Source of the DNA: Acidobacteriota bacterium
GTDB lineage: Bacteria > Acidobacteriota > Vicinamibacteria > Vicinamibacterales > JAFNAJ01
NCBI GenBank assembly: GCA_023384575.1
Contig: JAHDVP010000020.1
Span: 2,461-66,460 of the forward strand
Direction: 5' to 3'
DNA length: 64,000 bases
The notes below the pieces were generated by a model, which was given only the letters and a program-made list of their open reading frames with translations, was not told the origin of the DNA and ran no database searches. A program made the position numbers and the translations under genes. Positions 63,054 through 64,000 of this stretch are shown piece by piece (within the stretch, counting starts at the first letter, position 1; every line of letters begins with the position of its first letter).

Positions 63054-64000
63054 TCACTCCACGCGGAGGGCCTCGAGGGGGTCGAGCGTGGCCGCGCGCC
63101 ACGCGGGCACCGCGTTGGCCAGCACCGCCGTGGCGACGAGCACCGCGGCGGCGCCGGCCCAGGCCAGCGGATCGGATGCGCCCACGCCGTAGAGCAGGCT
63201 CGCGGCCCCGCGCACCCCGGCTGCCGCCAGCAGCCCGCCAGCCACGAGGCCCACGGCAGCGAGCGTCAGCCCCTGCCGCAGAACGAGAGCGATCACGCTC
63301 ACGCGGTCGGCACCGATCGCCAGGCGCACGCCGATCTCCCGCGTGCGCCGCGCCACGGTGTACGACACGACGCCATACAGTCCGACGGCGGCGATGACGA
63401 GCGCCACGACCCCGACGACGAAGGCCACGATCGCCGCAAGGCGCACCGGCAGCAGCGTTCCCGCAATCTGCCCCTCCATCGTCTGGTTGTCCATGAAGAC
63501 GAGGTTCGGCTCGATCGCGGCCAACGCCTGCCGCATGCTCGCCAGTGCCTGGGCGGCATCGCCGCGCGTGCGCAACACGATGTTCTGGTAGGGCGAGGAC
63601 CGCTGCGACTGCGCGAAGTGCACGTAGGGCGTGAGCCCCTCGCCCACCGTCCTCACGCGATGGTCCGCGGCGACGCCGACGACCTCGAACGCCGGGCCAT
63701 CTGCCCCCCGCAGGTGCATCCGCTTGCCGAGCGCGCTCTCGCCGGGCCAGAACCGGCGGGCCAGCGTCTCGTTGACGACCACCACGGCGGGACTGTCCGG
63801 GGTGTCGACCGCCCCGAACGCGCGCCCCTCGAGAATCGGCACGCCGAGCGTCCGGAAGTAGTCCTCCGACACGCGCGTCGCCTGGATCGTGAAGCCCCGC
63901 TCGGTCGGCGCCACGTGCCCCGGCACGTGGAACTGCTGTTCGTTGAAGTTCAGGGAGAACGGCAGCCGCTCGGCCAGGGCCGCGCCCTCCACGCCGGGCA
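63054..64000 (-). CDS. MacB/FtsX-family ABC transporter permease, C-terminal part (5' end beyond the right window edge)
   Basis: Periplasmic MacB_PCD-like region ...VVVNETLARRFWPGESALGKRM... FtsX domain LLPVRLAAIVAFVVGVVALVIAAVGLYGVVSYTVARRTREIGVRLAIGA. The reading frame stays open to the window end. Confidence 0.85.
   Translation of the reverse strand, partial: PGVEGAALAERLPFSLNFNEQQFHVPGHVAPTERGFTIQATRVSEDYFRTLGVPILEGRAFGAVDTPDSPAVVVVNETLARRFWPGESALGKRMHLRGADGPAFEVVGVAADHRVRTVGEGLTPYVHFAQSQRSSPYQNIVLRTRGDAAQALASMRQALAAIEPNLVFMDNQTMEGQIAGTLLPVRLAAIVAFVVGVVALVIAAVGLYGVVSYTVARRTREIGVRLAIGADRVSVIALVLRQGLTLAAVGLVAGGLLAAAGVRGAASLLYGVGASDPLAWAGAAAVLVATAVLANAVPAWRAATLDPLEALRVE

Overview
Very GC-rich bacterial chromosomal segment. 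Third codon positions are almost always G/C, so each real gene casts long Arg/Ala/Pro/Gly-rich shadow ORFs in other frames. I called genes from recognisable protein motifs, GC3, start/RBS context and start/stop coupling, not from ORF length. No homology search was possible. I support about 54 protein-coding genes and found no rRNA, tRNA, CRISPR array, transposase or prophage. Most content is core housekeeping: hslVU, dprA-topA-trmFO-xerC, rplU-rpmA-obg-nadD-rsfS-comF, tmk, lysA, lpxC, uvrA, mtgA. There is also a glycerol/G3P set (glpT, glpF, glpD) and a glyoxylate/glycine node (DapA/HOGA-like lyase, class-V aminotransferase, threonine aldolase). Envelope and regulatory genes include two ECF sigma modules, a sigma54-type NtrB/NtrC pair, a PAS/GAF hybrid kinase, a PEP-CTERM protein, a CarboxypepD_reg-type TonB-dependent receptor and a MacB/FtsX permease. 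That mix suggests an Acidobacteriota- or Gemmatimonadota-like lineage (inference only). Main second-look items: (1) an operon at 34.1-36.8 kb joining an ECF sigma, a STAS antagonist with no kinase or classical anti-sigma, a 96-aa helical protein, and a radical-SAM enzyme whose twitch/SPASM-like Cys domain is N-terminal and whose cluster motif is CX3CX3C(C); (2) a 43-bp palindromic extragenic repeat, three copies, each 3-6 nt after a stop codon in the same gene-relative orientation; (3) two intergenic heptanucleotide tandem-repeat arrays with 14/21-bp higher-order units, one including a G3N4 x4 quadruplex motif and running into the glpD leader; (4) a near-consensus sigma54 promoter upstream of a PEGA-domain low-complexity secreted protein; (5) an 18.5-kb mixed-orientation block between xerC and hslVU.
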